NCBI GenBank assembly: GCA_016748015.1
Contig: JAAOMT010000620.1
Location: 333,391 to 397,390, forward strand
DNA: 64,000 bases
Direction: 5' to 3'
DNA from: Geosiphon pyriformis uo1
Lineage: Eukaryota; Fungi; Glomeromycota
Numbering within the stretch: position 1 is the first letter of the stretch; every line of letters starts with the position of its first letter. The position numbers were made by a program, and so were the translations under genes. This document shows, piece after piece, positions 25,856-39,900 of the stretch. A model generated the notes under the pieces. It did no database searches and was not told the DNA's origin. It saw only the letters and a program-made list of their open reading frames with translations.

Positions 25856-26485
25856 ATATACAGTAGTTTTAATATTGGGAAAGAATCAAACAAGTAATAA
25901 AAATCATAACTTATCAAGCAATAGATCCAATTTTATCCAACAAACTCCACTTTAAATCATACTTTCAAATTAAATATCCCAAGAAACCTTTAAAATCAAA
26001 AAGAAATGAAAAAGAATATTTAAAACTGAACTATCACAACCCAAAGTATTAAGAAACTTACTTGTATTATTTATTGAATGAAACTATCATTCATCAACTG
26101 AATCCCTTGGAAGAATAATCCTTGATCAAGATTATTCACGTTGTTACTAATTGATAAAAGCTTTATTGTGAGAATTAGAAAAGCGCTAAAGACCATTAAC
26201 ATTCTGTGTTTCTAGATTAGAGAAACACATCAGGCAATTGCAAGGATAGCCTCAGAGAAGACCCCAGACAGTGGGTAGATTTCAGTTCAGCCTCTGAGAA
26301 GAAGTACATAAACACACACAACAATCAAGAATTAAAGAATAACTTACATCGCAACAGTAAAAAGAAAGCCTTCAGTGTAACAGTGACATTATCACACAAA
26401 TAGAATTGAGGAACTCACGAAAGACTGATTGCAATTAAAGCGGAATATCAGCAATTAAATATAACAAGAAAACCATCCCGTAACA
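25856..26485 (+). repeat. 3' LTR (visible part; 5' part in N gap 25625-25855)
   Basis: 630 bp with 9 substitutions relative to the 5' LTR; ends CCGTAACA. Confidence 0.95.
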
Positions 26486-29400
26486 GCATCACCTTCACCC
26501 ACCCAACAGAAAGGTTTTTATCCTTGATCAACTTGCGAATATAACACCTCTCCACCCAACATTTGTTCCTGAAATCAGAAGCAATTAAACCCAATTCTGA
26601 AGCACACGCATCAATAGTAGTCTGACTATTGATGTTAATAACAACCAAGCACGAAAAAAAAACACATTCCAGTACCAGGACAATAGCGTAAAGTTCAGTC
26701 ATAGTAGAAAAAAGCAACCCACTGATCTCAATGCCAATACTCACACCAGCATTGAAAAAATAAGCTTCAGTCTCATCTATAACCTCAGCAGTGCCCAAAT
26801 GAGACAGAGAACCATCAGTATACACTGCAAAGGCATCAGACTAGGATTCATGTAAACATTCTTAAACAACCAAATATCTTTCCAAATCAAAAAAGTTTGA
26901 GCCACCAGAGACTGTAGACAGATTACCAGGAATAAGATGGTAATCATCCATGTACGCAGAAACTTTGGAGTACCACAAAGGTACAGGACCCCTGGAACTT
27001 AATCTTTTCCAGCAGCGAAAAGTCCTCCAACTGAAAACCAATCCATCTTTGCCCAATAACCTGTTACCAAAGACAACACCAAAATGCTTTAAAGAGGGGA
27101 CCACACCAAAATAAAAGGAGCTACCCAAGATTGTCGACACAGGAAAGCGACCAGTACCACGAAAAGCACAAGGCAAATTGTTGGCCAGATATATATTATT
27201 GTCCAAAAAAATTCTAACCATACCAGCGAGAAAATTGTTAGAGGAACTAACCTTCAACTTAACAAGATGTTGTAAAGAGTTTAACAGAGCCCATCCTAAT
27301 ATCTGTAGATCCAAAAAACAATGTTCAAACAAACACTCCAGAATACCAGGCACATTTGAAAACCAAACCAATGAAGCCACCTTCCCTTCAGTCTGGATCT
27401 GTTCAAAAGTCTTCATGCTATAAAGGGAGGGATGATATAAAGTCTTACTGGAAAAATCTTAAGGCAAATTCACTTTAGATTTGAGACCCTTTCTTAACAT
27501 AACATCCCATTTTAAGCAGACATTCTTAGAAACAAAGCTGAATTGTATGCAATAGCTGACAATAGGTTGCAGAACTAAAGACACCAAGTATACAAATTGT
27601 TTATCTGTTAAAGCTTTCTTAAGAATCATATTGGAAAAAAACCTGACATCTGATTGAGCTTTGGCTAAACTGGGCTTAGACAACCCATCTGTTGACAAAA
27701 AAATGCCCAGATATCTATAAGTCTCACTCTGTTTAGCAATAGAGATAGATAGTCCATTAATATGCAGAGACGCATCCGAAACCCTTTTGTTGATAGGAAT
27801 CGCCACAGTCTTTTCACTGTTAATTGCGATATTATTGATCTCAAAAAATTTGCCCACAATATCCAATATATGTTGTGTTAACGCTTGACCATTACTAATC
27901 CAAATAGTATCATTCACAAATGCACCTGCCACAAAAAATGAAAACCAACTACCACTGGACTCAATACAGCCAGATTTTGCTACCAAGTTGGTATTAATTC
28001 TGTAACCATATAAATGTTCATAATCCTTAACCTCGCACAACAAAGGGTCATAAAAAATTCTTCACAAGAGATGAGAAAAGACCTCTCCTTGATCCAAATC
28101 ATCCAGCACACAGTATTCATCTGAGAGGCCAAAATCAGTCATCACTCTATTAATCCTGCCCACATGCAAGTTTCCAAAAAACAACACAAATCTGTCACAC
28201 ATTTTGATCCACTTCAAACTGGCTTCCAACTGCTACCAACCAACAAAATCATAGGCCTTATGCATGTCCTGCAACACTGACCAAACCTCCTTATTTTTCT
28301 CCAAAGCATCTTCCATGATTGAACCAACAGCAAAAACTGGAGATTGAGTGAAAGTACCCTTCAGGACTAAGAAATTGTCACTCCAGAGAACATCAAATCT
28401 GGAACAGACCAAAAAAATATGGTCAGACAATAATTTAAAGAGTATTTTTCTGGCTGTCTTGATTAATGCAATGGGCCTTGTATTCATAAGAATGCCATCC
28501 CATTTATATGGTTTGAGGATTATAGAAACCCAAGCTTTTTTCCAAAGGGCCGGAACCTTACTGATATTTAGGCAAGAATTTAAGAAACCCAACAAACACT
28601 CAAGCATATCATCACTACAATGTTTCCACAGCTTGTTAGAGATACCAGACAGGCCAGCCGCTTTGCCATTAGGTAGATCCAAAATCATATTTACCAATTT
28701 ACTGAAACGGATGTTATTTATAACATTAGAGAAAGCATTATCTTTTACATAATCCAAAGGCGCATATTGGTGGGCCCACCTGAAAGGCATCACTGAAGGT
28801 GAAATACGCTCCCTCGTCCAGTTAACCATAATACTGTCAACCCTGCTTTTCACCTCAATAGAATCCAAAACCAGTTCATTGCCTATGACCAAGTGGTCCA
28901 AAACAACCTTATGAAAAGGCCGCTCCAAAATACTCCTAATTATGCTACCTTTGTTAGAACTGAAATTCTCCATGCATTTATCGATGACACTTCAGATTGC
29001 TGTATCTCTCACCACTCTGAATTCATAATACTTAGACTTCCTATAACACTTTCTAACCTGAGACAGATGCTTGAACACCTCCACCGAATCAGCCCCATTT
29101 TGAACCAAAAAATCAAACTTGAAAGTCTCTTTATAATTAACCAGAAACCACCTCTTAATTAGATGATCACATTTATGCTTATTACCTGTATTCAAACTCT
29201 TGACAACCTTAGCTACCAACAACTCAAGTTCAAGGAACCTCGATAAATGTCTGTTTTTTGAACAGTCAAATTTGCTAAACCAGCACCTAGAAAACGTAGC
29301 ATCAGTGGTTTTCACCATAACTCCACACAATACGTCCCACATCTCATCCAGATCACTGAGAACCTTAGCACTCAGAAAACTGCCTATGACCAAGGAGAGA

Positions 29401-32400
29401 GCAGCAGACACATTATCCTTAAACTGTAACTATTTAGAAGGATTAGCATCCTTAAAGTTAAACTTCCATCTGTTTCTGTTGGTCTGTTTGCAAATATTGT
29501 TTAGCTGAGCATCAAGAAGACCCCCCAAACCAATTGAAACTAAAATTATCTTATGATTCATGTTGAAAAACTCTATAACTGCACCAATATTCCACTTCAT
29601 CAGAGCAGAAACTAAGTTTTCACTGACAAAAATATAATCAATAACTTTTTTTACACCTCTGGAGTTGCTCTATGTAGGTGAATTAGCCAAAGAATGTCCT
29701 TTGAAAGAGTTAACAAGACCCAGATTCATGCATTTTCTGAGACTAGCACTTTTCTTGGTATCTAATTCATTGAAGTCCCCACCCAAGATGACAAAAGAAC
29801 TTGAGTTGATAGCACTAGTGATTAAGGAGTTGACAGCAAGAGCCTGACTAAATCGCACACCAGCAGACATACCTGCATAGATACCCAAGATTGTAACTGA
29901 AAGTTTGCCCTTAAATAAGAGCTTAATTGAAATCAACCGACCAGGAATTTCATTGATCTTTGAAACATGCTGAGCCACAGAAGAGTTCATAATAACAGCC
30001 ATGCCAGCATCAGAAGAATCTGTATTAAGCGCTGATGTGAAAATACAAACACTAGGGAACTTATTCATGATCCACAGCTTAACGCCAGATTTTAACTTTG
30101 TCTCCATAATGATAGAAATGTTATTTCCAGAGTTTATGTGCCATTTAACTACATCATCCTGTTTGGCAGGAATGTTCACGCCCCTTACATTACATGTCGC
30201 AATTCTCCAAATTAAACTGTTTATTGAGATAAAGAAGAAACTATAGAGCCCAAACCAGCACACATCTGATCTAACTTTTCTAATACCAAACAAACCAAAG
30301 CTTTGAGAGCCATCAACTTCAATTCCAAACAGCCCACTTTTGAAGTCAAAATTTTTGAACCACTCGAATCCAAATTCAAGACACCAGAGGAAACCAAAAA
30401 GGGAGGAAGAACCACAGGCTTAGAATCATTCAGAACCATATTTGTACCAAATTTTACATTTGCTATAACAGGAATAACCAAGGGCTGAGAAGAGGAGGCA
30501 AGAGCCATGGGCACCAGGTTTAAATTGTTAAGTTTGTTTACAATACCAGACACCCTATCTGTGAGAAGATTCAAAGAACACTCCAAAAAAGTGAGATGAG
30601 TCTCCAAAATTGAATAAACAGGAACCACAGAAGACAAGTAACCAATCATACCTAAGACACCAAAAAAGGAGCCAAAACCAGAACCAGAACCAAAGTGAGG
30701 ACCATTAGACAAAGATACCAGAAAGACAACCTGGGCCCATGATTTGCTGTCAAATGCAGCCAGTCAAGAAATAGACACACTCTTTTTTGCATACAACTTG
30801 GCCAACTGGAAGCAGTTCTCATTAGAAACAACTCTTTTAAATGACTTGGACAGTTTAGGAGGAGTTGAGATTTCAGCATCACACTCTAGAACAGAATGAC
30901 CAAGTTTCTCACACCGTTCACACCGAACCAAATCTAACCTAGCCCAACAAAGTCTTACCCCACCAAAAATAAGCTCTGTACAAAATGCAGACTTCAATAC
31001 CTCATTATTCTCAAAACAAACCACAGCACAATGAATTTTATTGCCAGTATCTAAGAATCAATTTATGACACAAGTTTTTCCACCAGCTCTTGCCAAAAGA
31101 TCACCAAGATCATGAGCCATCGTTCCCACCAGTAAAGTAAATAAAAGCGCCTTATACTGATCTCTAGATGCCCATGTCTTATGATCCCCTACAGTCTTGG
31201 CCATGCGCACTGAATCTTTCCTGATCAAGAAAGACCACTTAGCTGCCAACTGATCTGTCTGACTCAATTTGGCAAACTTCACTACAGTCTTTTGCCACAG
31301 CCCAATAAGTTGCAATCAGATTGACACTACTTAACCAAACTCAGATACTGTGGTAACAATTATGTCTTTAGACGTATTCATGAGAATTTTTTTGATTACC
31401 ACAGCCTGATCTGAGTAAAGCCCTTGTTTCCTTACATCATTGTTTATGATGATCTCTTCTTTTTTGGCCAATGATGCAGCTTTCTTTATGCTCTTTTCAA
31501 AAGTAAATGTTGATTGGATGATTCCTTTAAATTTTAAGGGAGTAGTGGCCCCTCCAAAACCATTGATTTTTGAAAAAATTTTTCTGATGAACTGAGTTTT
31601 TTGCATAGCCAATTTTCCTTCCACAGCCAAAAGATTGATGTTTAAGCAAATGATTTCTTAACTGACACTTTTACAGGAGTTTTGATGATCTTGGGATCAA
31701 TTCAAATCTTATGCAAAGGAACCTTTTTCCTAAGGGGGGGTGAAAGAGGCTTCACCTTTTCATCCATTTCAAAGTCAGAAGAACCAATAGAAGAATCGAA
31801 ATTTGCACTAGTATTTACATGTTTAGTCTTAGGAGTATTAACAGCCAAGTCTGAGAGAGAACCATCAAAACCACCAGACATATTAATATTTTCATCATTC
31901 CCAGATAGGCTCTTTACATCAAAATATACACTAGCATTAGAACCAGACTTCAAAGAAATATTCTTTTCATCACCAAAGTGTTTAATATTTCCAAGAGAAG
32001 TCTTTTTTCTTTGTGAAAATGAACCACCAGCAGGACTGTAAAACATGCCCTTAGGAGCCTTTTTACTAGACATGCTGCCACTAGAGACAGCCTTCAAAAC
32101 CATGACGAAAGAGTTGTCAGTTAAAGAAATGTTAATATATTATTAACAAGAAAAACAAAAAACTTCTTTTTCAGAAAATAACTCATTGGGGATTTTTGAA
32201 GGTAAGAGGGAAAGAAGTTTTTTTTACTTCTTTTGTAATTTTGAATAATAATTTTAATAAGAATATATCTAAAAGATATATTAGTTTTAAAAAGTTTTTA
32301 TGTAAAAAAATTCCAAAAAAATTGAAAATAACATTGATTTTTTGTTTGTTTCTATAAGTTTTATTAATACTATAATTAATTAATATATTATAAATATTGA

Positions 32401-33930
32401 AAAAATCTTTAATACTGATTATCAAACTGTTTTTATTTCTATAGATTTGAATAAACTTTTAAATACATATTTATTTTCTATTTATAAACAAACAAATAAA
32501 AATTATTAAAAGTTTAATATTAAAAATACAGATAATATTAAATAAACTTAGTTTAAAAATATTATTTTAATTAATTTTATATTTTTTTATAATAATTTTA
32601 TTGTTTTAAAAAAATTTTCAGATTTGAATAACTTGTAAAATATTATTAAGAAGATAATATATTTTTTAGTAAATAAAATATTTTCAAAAATATAATATAA
32701 AAAATATAAAAGTGTTTTTTTTAAGTTTTTTTCTAAGTTACATAAATAATAAGTTTGTTTTAAATTTTAATAAAATTAAATTAAAAATAAACAATATTAT
32801 AAAAATTTAGATAAAAAAAAATTCTAAGCAGTATTTTAAATTTATAACAACATTAATATTTGTTTTTAAATTATATAAATAATAATATCTTTTTTAAAAT
32901 CATAAAAGCTATTAGTTTTAATAAAATATTTGATGTAATTAAGTTGTTTTTTAAGAATAAAATTGTTAGTTTATTTGATATTCCAAATAAATTTTAAAAG
33001 CATTATAATAATTTAGTTTTATATATACTTTTAAACTTATTAAATATTTTTTTAATACATATATTAATATATTAACTATAAAAAAAATCTAAGTATTTAT
33101 AATTCTTAAATTATATAATTAAAAAAAAAATTTAATTATTATCTAACTTATTATATTGGTTGAAACTACTTAAAAAAAATTTTTTAATAAGATTTTTATT
33201 GTTTGTAATAAGTTTAATATTTTTTATATAAATAATTTTTTTGTTTTAAAAAGTATAATAATACAGTTTCTTATTTTTATGGTTAAATTTATAATAAAAA
33301 ATACTTTAGAAAAAGATTGTAAATTTTGGTTTGTTTTATAGAATATGTATAAAACTTATAATTTTGTAGATTAATACTATTTAAGAAACAGTTTGATTTA
33401 AATAAAAATATATAATAAGTTTGTAAGTTTTTTGACAATAGTTACAATAACAAAATTAATTAAGTTATAACAAATTTTGATCTAATATATAAATATTGTG
33501 TACATAATAATTTAAATTAAAATAAAAATTTTTTTTACTTCTTTAGAAAATATTTTATAATTTTTTTTTGTATAAAGTTAAAAAGCAAAAAAATATATAT
33601 AATTACTAAATTAATACTAAATTTGTGTTCAAGATTAAATAGATTAAAACACAAATTGGTTTGATTTTTTTATTATTAAAACTTTTATTAATAATATAAT
33701 TTAAGTAAATAATAGTTAAATTGTCATTCAGTATATTTTAAATGTAACAAATAAAATTTTTTTATTAATAACATTTTAATAAACAACAATAAAACTGTGA
33801 CTATTTTTATTAATAATAAAGTAAAAATATTATCTTTATTTATTAATAATCTACTAATTTTAATTATAAAAAAAATAAACTTTTCTAAGAAAAAAAGTTT
33901 TGTTTTTTTTGTTAATAATATATCAATATA

Positions 33931-36900
33931 AAAAAACTTCTTTTTCTCCTTCATCCCAAATTTCTGAAAAAGAGTCAAATTTTAAAAAAGAAGTTTTTTC
34001 TGCTTTTGTATACTATTTTCCACTATTTCACAAAAAACAAACCCTTTTGTTATTGGACTGGCTGCCACTATGAGTGGTTTCAGTGCTAAGAGAAGGTCTG
34101 CCAGAGTCTCGACCATTGGTTCAGTTAGTAGAGGTTCAACTTACAGAATTACAAAGCCTCTCAATAGTATTAAACTTTCAAGTGTAGACAAGAATCTCAA
34201 AGTTAGTGGATCTATTGGTATGGGTGGACAATCTACTAGCATAGATACAGATGGAAAAGCCTCAGATGATAGAGCCACTCCTGATTCCCAAACAAATACG
34301 CCCAATGCAAAACATTTCAATACTGGTGTGGCTATCAGTTCTCCTATCGGCTCTATCAATTATGACATGGATGATAAGGAGGAAGTTTCTCTTCCTCTCT
34401 GTTTGTCTTTCTCTTTAGAAAAAGTGTGGGTAAACCCCAAAATTGTTAAGTCTCAAGTGGAAATTGCTGTGAAAAAATCATTTGCTTTGGACATCAATCT
34501 ATCTACTGTAAAGGGAAAATTGGCGATAGTTAAGACTCAGGTTATCAGAAAATTGTTTTCAACAATCAATGGTTTTGGAGGGGCCACTACCCCCTTAAAA
34601 TTTGAAGGGATCATCTGATTGATGTTTACTTCATCAGAAAGCATGGAAAAGGCCATGTCATTGGCCAAGGAAAATAACATTATTGTAAACAGCAATCTTA
34701 AGAGACGAGGAATTCACTCAGATTGGGCCGTAGTAATCAAGGAAATTCTCATAGATATGCCAAAAAAAATGATTGTCACTGCAGTATCCAAGTTTGGAGA
34801 AATTAAGTCAATCAAAATCCAGTTAATTGGTTTATGGCAAAAAGCTGTGATGGAATTCGCCGAACTGGAACAGACTGTGTCTTTGGCTGCTAGGTGGTCC
34901 TTCCTAATTGGTAAAGACTTGGTTCATGTGGCTATGGCAGTAGGCAATTGTGAAACTTGGGCATCTAGAGATCAGTTCAGGGTGCTTTTGTTTACTTTGC
35001 TGGTGGGAACTACTGCTCATGATCTTGGAGATCTTCTTGAAAGGGCTGGTAGAAAAACTTGTGTCATAAATTGGTCATTGGAGACTGGTAATAGGATCTG
35101 CTGTGCTGTTGTTTGTTTTGATTCTGATGAGATTTTGGAGTCAGCTTTTCACATGGAGCCAATCTTTGGTGGTGTAAAACTCTCATGGGCTAGGCTGGAT
35201 TTGGTTTGCTGTGAACGGTGTGGGAAGTTTGGTCATTCTGCCTTGAAATGTGATGCTAAAGTTGCATCAGCTCTCAAATCTTCAAAGTTTTTTATAAGGC
35301 CTGTCAACCTAGATACTTGTTTCCAGCTGGCCAAATTGTATGCAAAGAAGAATGTTTCAATCTCTCATTCTGTTGCCTTTGGTGGCAAATCTTGGGCTCA
35401 AGTGGTCTCAGTTGCTTCAGTCTTTCATGATTTTTGTGCTGGTTCTGGTTCTGGTTCCTCGTCTTCTGGTGCTTTGAGTTTGGGTGGGGCACCTTCCTCT
35501 CTACCTATGGTCAATTCTCTTTTGAGTGCTTGTTTAGCACTTCTGGAATGCTTTGTGGAGCTTTTGTCTAAACAAATTTCGAACACTCTTTCTCATTTTG
35601 ACAATATTGGTTCAGCATTCTTGACGCCTTCTTCTTAAATGGCTTCTTCTGTGGTTGTTTCTCAGTCCCCAACCTCTGTTCTTCTTGTGGTTGTAAACTC
35701 CGACTTGGATTTTGACATGGCAGTTGATGATTTTTTTGTCTAGCCTACTTCTGTCTCTCCGGGTGTTAGTGATTTGCTTTTGGGTCTGAGTAGTTCCAAA
35801 GTCCTGACTTCCAAAGTTGGTGGTCTGGAATCAAAGTTGGCTGCTCTTGACATCTCCGTTGATTTGATTTTGGCTAAGTTGGATCAGTTGTGTGCTGGCT
35901 TAGATTCTTCGGTTATCTCTTCATCACAATAACCAGTTTTATTTGAAAAATTGCCATGTGTAATATTAGGGGAATGAACAATCCTGTAAAACAGGAAGAC
36001 ATTTTTTGCTGGCATAAAAAATCTGGTAATTCGATTTTGATTGTTACAGAAACCAAGTTGTGTTTCAGTTCGCAACCATGGATCATGAAAAGGTTTGAGG
36101 GTGTTCGGGTTTTTACATCTGGTCTGGATGTTGGGTTTTGGGGGGCTGGTGTGGCCATTTTCGTGAATAATTCTCTGGCTCATCATGTTTCCAAAGTCGA
36201 GGAGGTGAAGGGCAGAGTTCTTTCGATTTGTCTTTTGTTCAAGAACAAGCTTTCTGTGTCTGTCATTGGGCTTTATGTCTGTGCATCTGGTGGTAACCAT
36301 TTTGCTCAGGCTTTTGTTATTAATTCATTCATTGCTGATACTGTCAACAAAAGTTCTTTTGTTGTTTTGGGTGGGGACTTCAATGAAGACAATTCAGTCA
36401 AGGGGGCAAGTCTTAGAAAATGTTTAAGTTTGGGTCTAGTTAATGTTTTTGATGGCCACTCTCTAGCTAGGATTCCTACTTGGAGCAATTCAAGAGACAT
36501 TAGCAAGGTTTTGGACTATGTTCTAGTTAGTAACTCTTTGATTTCAACTGTTGTGGATTGTGATGTTAGTTCTGTCTCAGAATTTTTTGACACAGATCAC
36601 TTGGCTGTCTTGATGTCTATTGGGCTGGGTGGTCTTCTGGATGCTTGTTTGAACAGCATCTGCAAGCACACTAATAAGGATTGCTGGAAGTTTAAGATTA
36701 AGGATGTTGATGAGAAAAAGTGGGTGCATTTTAAAAAACTTTCTGAGTATGCACTTTTGGGTTCTCTGAATAGGTTCAAGATGGCTGAGAATGGTGGCAA
36801 CTTGGATGGAATGTGAAGAGTGCTAGCTGAAGCTGTGACTGCTTCTGCTGAAAAGATTTTTTCAAGACATTGGTATAGTGAATTTGATTGTGCTAAGAAT

Positions 36901-39900
36901 AGACTTTCTTCTAAGTTTTTCAGGTTAGAGCTGTTGGTTGCCAAGTTATTAAAAATGCTGAAACTGGATGATACGTTGGGCTTTAATCATCTGGCTGACA
37001 CTTGGTTTAAAGTTGACTCTTCCAAAGCTTCCAAAGTTCTTGGTATGGTTAGGAATGGTGTGGGTTCTGCTGACTTGATGAGTCATCTTTCAAAGATTAG
37101 AAAGCAATATAGAAAGTCCAAATATTATGAATCTGAAGTGGCCAAAAGATCTACTATCAGAGACGTGATTGATAAGCATATGAAAATGTTTGATATGGAC
37201 AAAGGTGGGATGATTCGGAGCATCTTGAAGCAGCCCTTTTGCAAAGTTGTTCTAGACTATTTGGTTGTTGGTGATTCTCTTATTTTGGAACCTAATGAAG
37301 TAAAGCTCAAAGTGGATAACATCATGGTTAATTGGACCAGAAAGTGGAATGCTCTTCCTGTCCTGTCTGGTATCTGGGCACAACAATATGCCCTTTTGGC
37401 TTATGTTAATGATGGTGCCTTTAGTCTGGTCATGTGTGATATTACCATGTGTGAGATGTCTTTAGTTATAAGCAATCTTTCTGATGGCAAAGCTGCTAGG
37501 TTGTTTGGTATCACCAATGAATTTTGGAAACATGCTGGCTGTTTGGTTTTAGAGTGTTTGTTGTCTTTGCTAAACTCTTGTTTGTGTTTTAGTAATATTT
37601 TAGTCCATTGGAAGGAGGCCTGGGTGTCCATGATTCCTAAGCCTTATGATTGGGATGGTGTTTTGTCGAATACACGGCTTATTGCATTGATTGAGACAGC
37701 CAGAAAGATTCTGTCAAAAGTTCTCTCAGACAGAATCTCTCTTGCTTATAGTAAGTTTGATGTTCTCTGTGGTAACAACTTTTCTGTCCTCAAAGGCACT
37801 TCTACTCAGTCACTAATTTCAGCTGTGGGTTCAATTGTGAAGGATGCTTTGGAAAAAGACTGTGAACTTTGGCTGATTCTTCAGGACATGTGCAAAGTGT
37901 ATAACTCTGTTGGTTGGCCTCATTTGGAAGCTAGTTTACGCCATATCAAAATGTGTGGCAAGTTCATCAAGTTTTTTGGCAACATTCACAACAATCACTT
38001 CAACAGAGTCATGACAGATTTTGGCCTTTCTGATAGATACAAAGTTCTTGATGGTTTGGATCAGGGTGAAGTTTTCTCACCTCTTTTATGGAGAATTTTT
38101 TATGACCTCTTGTTATGTGAAGTTGTGAGACAAGATCATTTGTGTGGTTATCGAATCAATTCAAACTTTGTAACAAAGACTGGAAGAATTGAGACTAGTG
38201 GGGGTATGACTTCTTTTTTCACAGCTGGTGTCTTTGTCGATGACACTATTTGGGTGAGAAATAAGCAAGCCTCTACACAACACATTCTTAATATGACCAG
38301 TGAGTTTTTTCTCATCAATAACATTAACATAAACAATGAAAAGACAGTTGCCATTTCTATCAACAAAAGAATGGGAGTTCCTGTTTTATCCATCAATGAC
38401 CAGGCTATTACTGTTGCCAATCCTGGTGTGAATCATCAATATTTGGGTATTTTCTTGTCCACCGATAGTTTGTTTAAGCTGAGTCTTGCCAAAGCCAATT
38501 CAGATATTAGGTTCTTCTCAAATATGGTTCTCCGGAAGGCTGTCTCTAATAAACAATTCTCTTATCTGGTTTTAGCTGTTTTGCAGCCCATAGTCAATTA
38601 TTGAACACAGTTTAGTTTTGTTTCCAAAGCTATTTGTTTAAAATGTGACATTCTAATTAGAAAAGGTTTTAGGTTGAAAGCCAATTTGCCAAGAGACTTT
38701 CCCAATGAGGCATTGCACCACCCCTTTCTTTATGGACTGAAATCTTTTGAACAGTTGCAATCTGAATGCAAGGTGGCTTCCATTGTGCAATTTGCGAATT
38801 CTTCTGGAATTCTTGGCCAACTGTTTGAACATTGATTTTTGGATTTGCAGATTTTGTGCTGGACTCCGCTAAATCCTCTTTAATATCCTGTTAAGCTAAG
38901 AGTGAACACTTCAAACAATTTTCTGGTGGGTGTGATTCGTATATTTCTTGACAACAAGCTGTCTTTGGATAATAGGCTTCCCTGTGCTTTTTGCTCTTCT
39001 GGCCATTTCCCAATGTCATTGGTATTGGGTGATTCTTTGTATTTCAATATGGTCCACTTCTTGAAAATTGCTAGTGTGGCATATGGTGACCAACTTCTGG
39101 ACAAAAATGGTTCTGTTGTTAGTTGGTGTATGTTTTGCTAATGGAAAAGACTTGGTTTTAGAGGCCCCATGCCTTTATGGTTTTTGAAGACTTCTACTCA
39201 CTTGAATAGTTGTTTGCATGTTCCCTCTTCTGCGAGTTTAGCTTCTGTTTGTGCTAGTGTTTTAGATTCAACATCTTTTGCCGATATTTGTAAGGAGATT
39301 CATGGATTGTGGGCTGATGAGATTGATGTTTATACTGACAGCTTTCTTAGAGGCTTGGATACGTTTCAGGTGGCATGTGGTGCTGCCACTTATTTTCCTA
39401 GCTTGAACAAAGGTTTAGGAATGGAGGTATATGGTGTGCTGTCTTCAATCCTGGCTGAATTACAGGCTGTTGCTCTGGCTCTGAAGTGCGTGCCTGCCTC
39501 TGTTTCAGTGGCTTTGCACACAGATAGTCAAGCGGCTATTGATGCATGTGTGGCCAAATTGGATTTCTTGCAGCTGGATTGTTGCAATAGTTGCTGAATA
39601 GAAAGGTGCCATATGGTTGATTTGATTAAATCCAAAGATCTGACTGTTCGCTGGATCAAAGTCAAAGGTCATGCTGGCATCGCTGGTAATGTTATGGCTG
39701 ACGTTTTTGCTGAACAAGCTGCACACTCTAGGGTCTCTCTTTCTGCCAAAATTAATTGTAGATATATGGTTGCTGATGGCAGGCCAGTTTCTGGTAATGC
39801 CCACCATTTTGTACATAACATTTTTCATTCCATTTGCAAGTTTTAGTGGAAAGTGGGTTCTGGCCAAGAGGTTTTGTCTTGTTTGTTTGGTCTGATTATT

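Larger units (their letters stand above)
16998..26485 (+). mobile_element. Ty3/Gypsy LTR retrotransposon (gag-PR-Cys-rich-dUTPase-RT-[RH gap]-IN); interior mis-assembled
   Basis: Termini TGTTACGG...CCGTAACA with 4-bp TSD GCAT (16994-16997, 26486-26489). Gag knuckle CHFCKRIGHLISQC; protease LDSRSAGS (DSG mutated); RT YLDD at 23433; integrase H-H-C-C and GIDLVGP / SDQG / ERFNRTL. Contains premature stops. Confidence 0.95.
15933..32226 (-). mobile_element. LINE A (non-LTR retrotransposon; ORF1 CCHC + APE-RT-RNaseH-ZnF), full-length, degenerate, split by a Gypsy insertion
   Basis: ORF1 from ~32103 with CERCEKLGHSVLEC. ORF2 has WRIATCNVRG, GGDFNE, FVNDT, YTDGS and CLMCGD. A-rich tail at ~15933. 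Probable TSD ttttttttgtaatttt (15917-15932) / cttcttttgtaatttt (32227-32242). Confidence 0.92.

Noticed and set aside
24994-25866. Integrase-gag fusion ORF
   Set aside because: The junction is the Nextera adapter (translates LSLIHIS); chimeric read.
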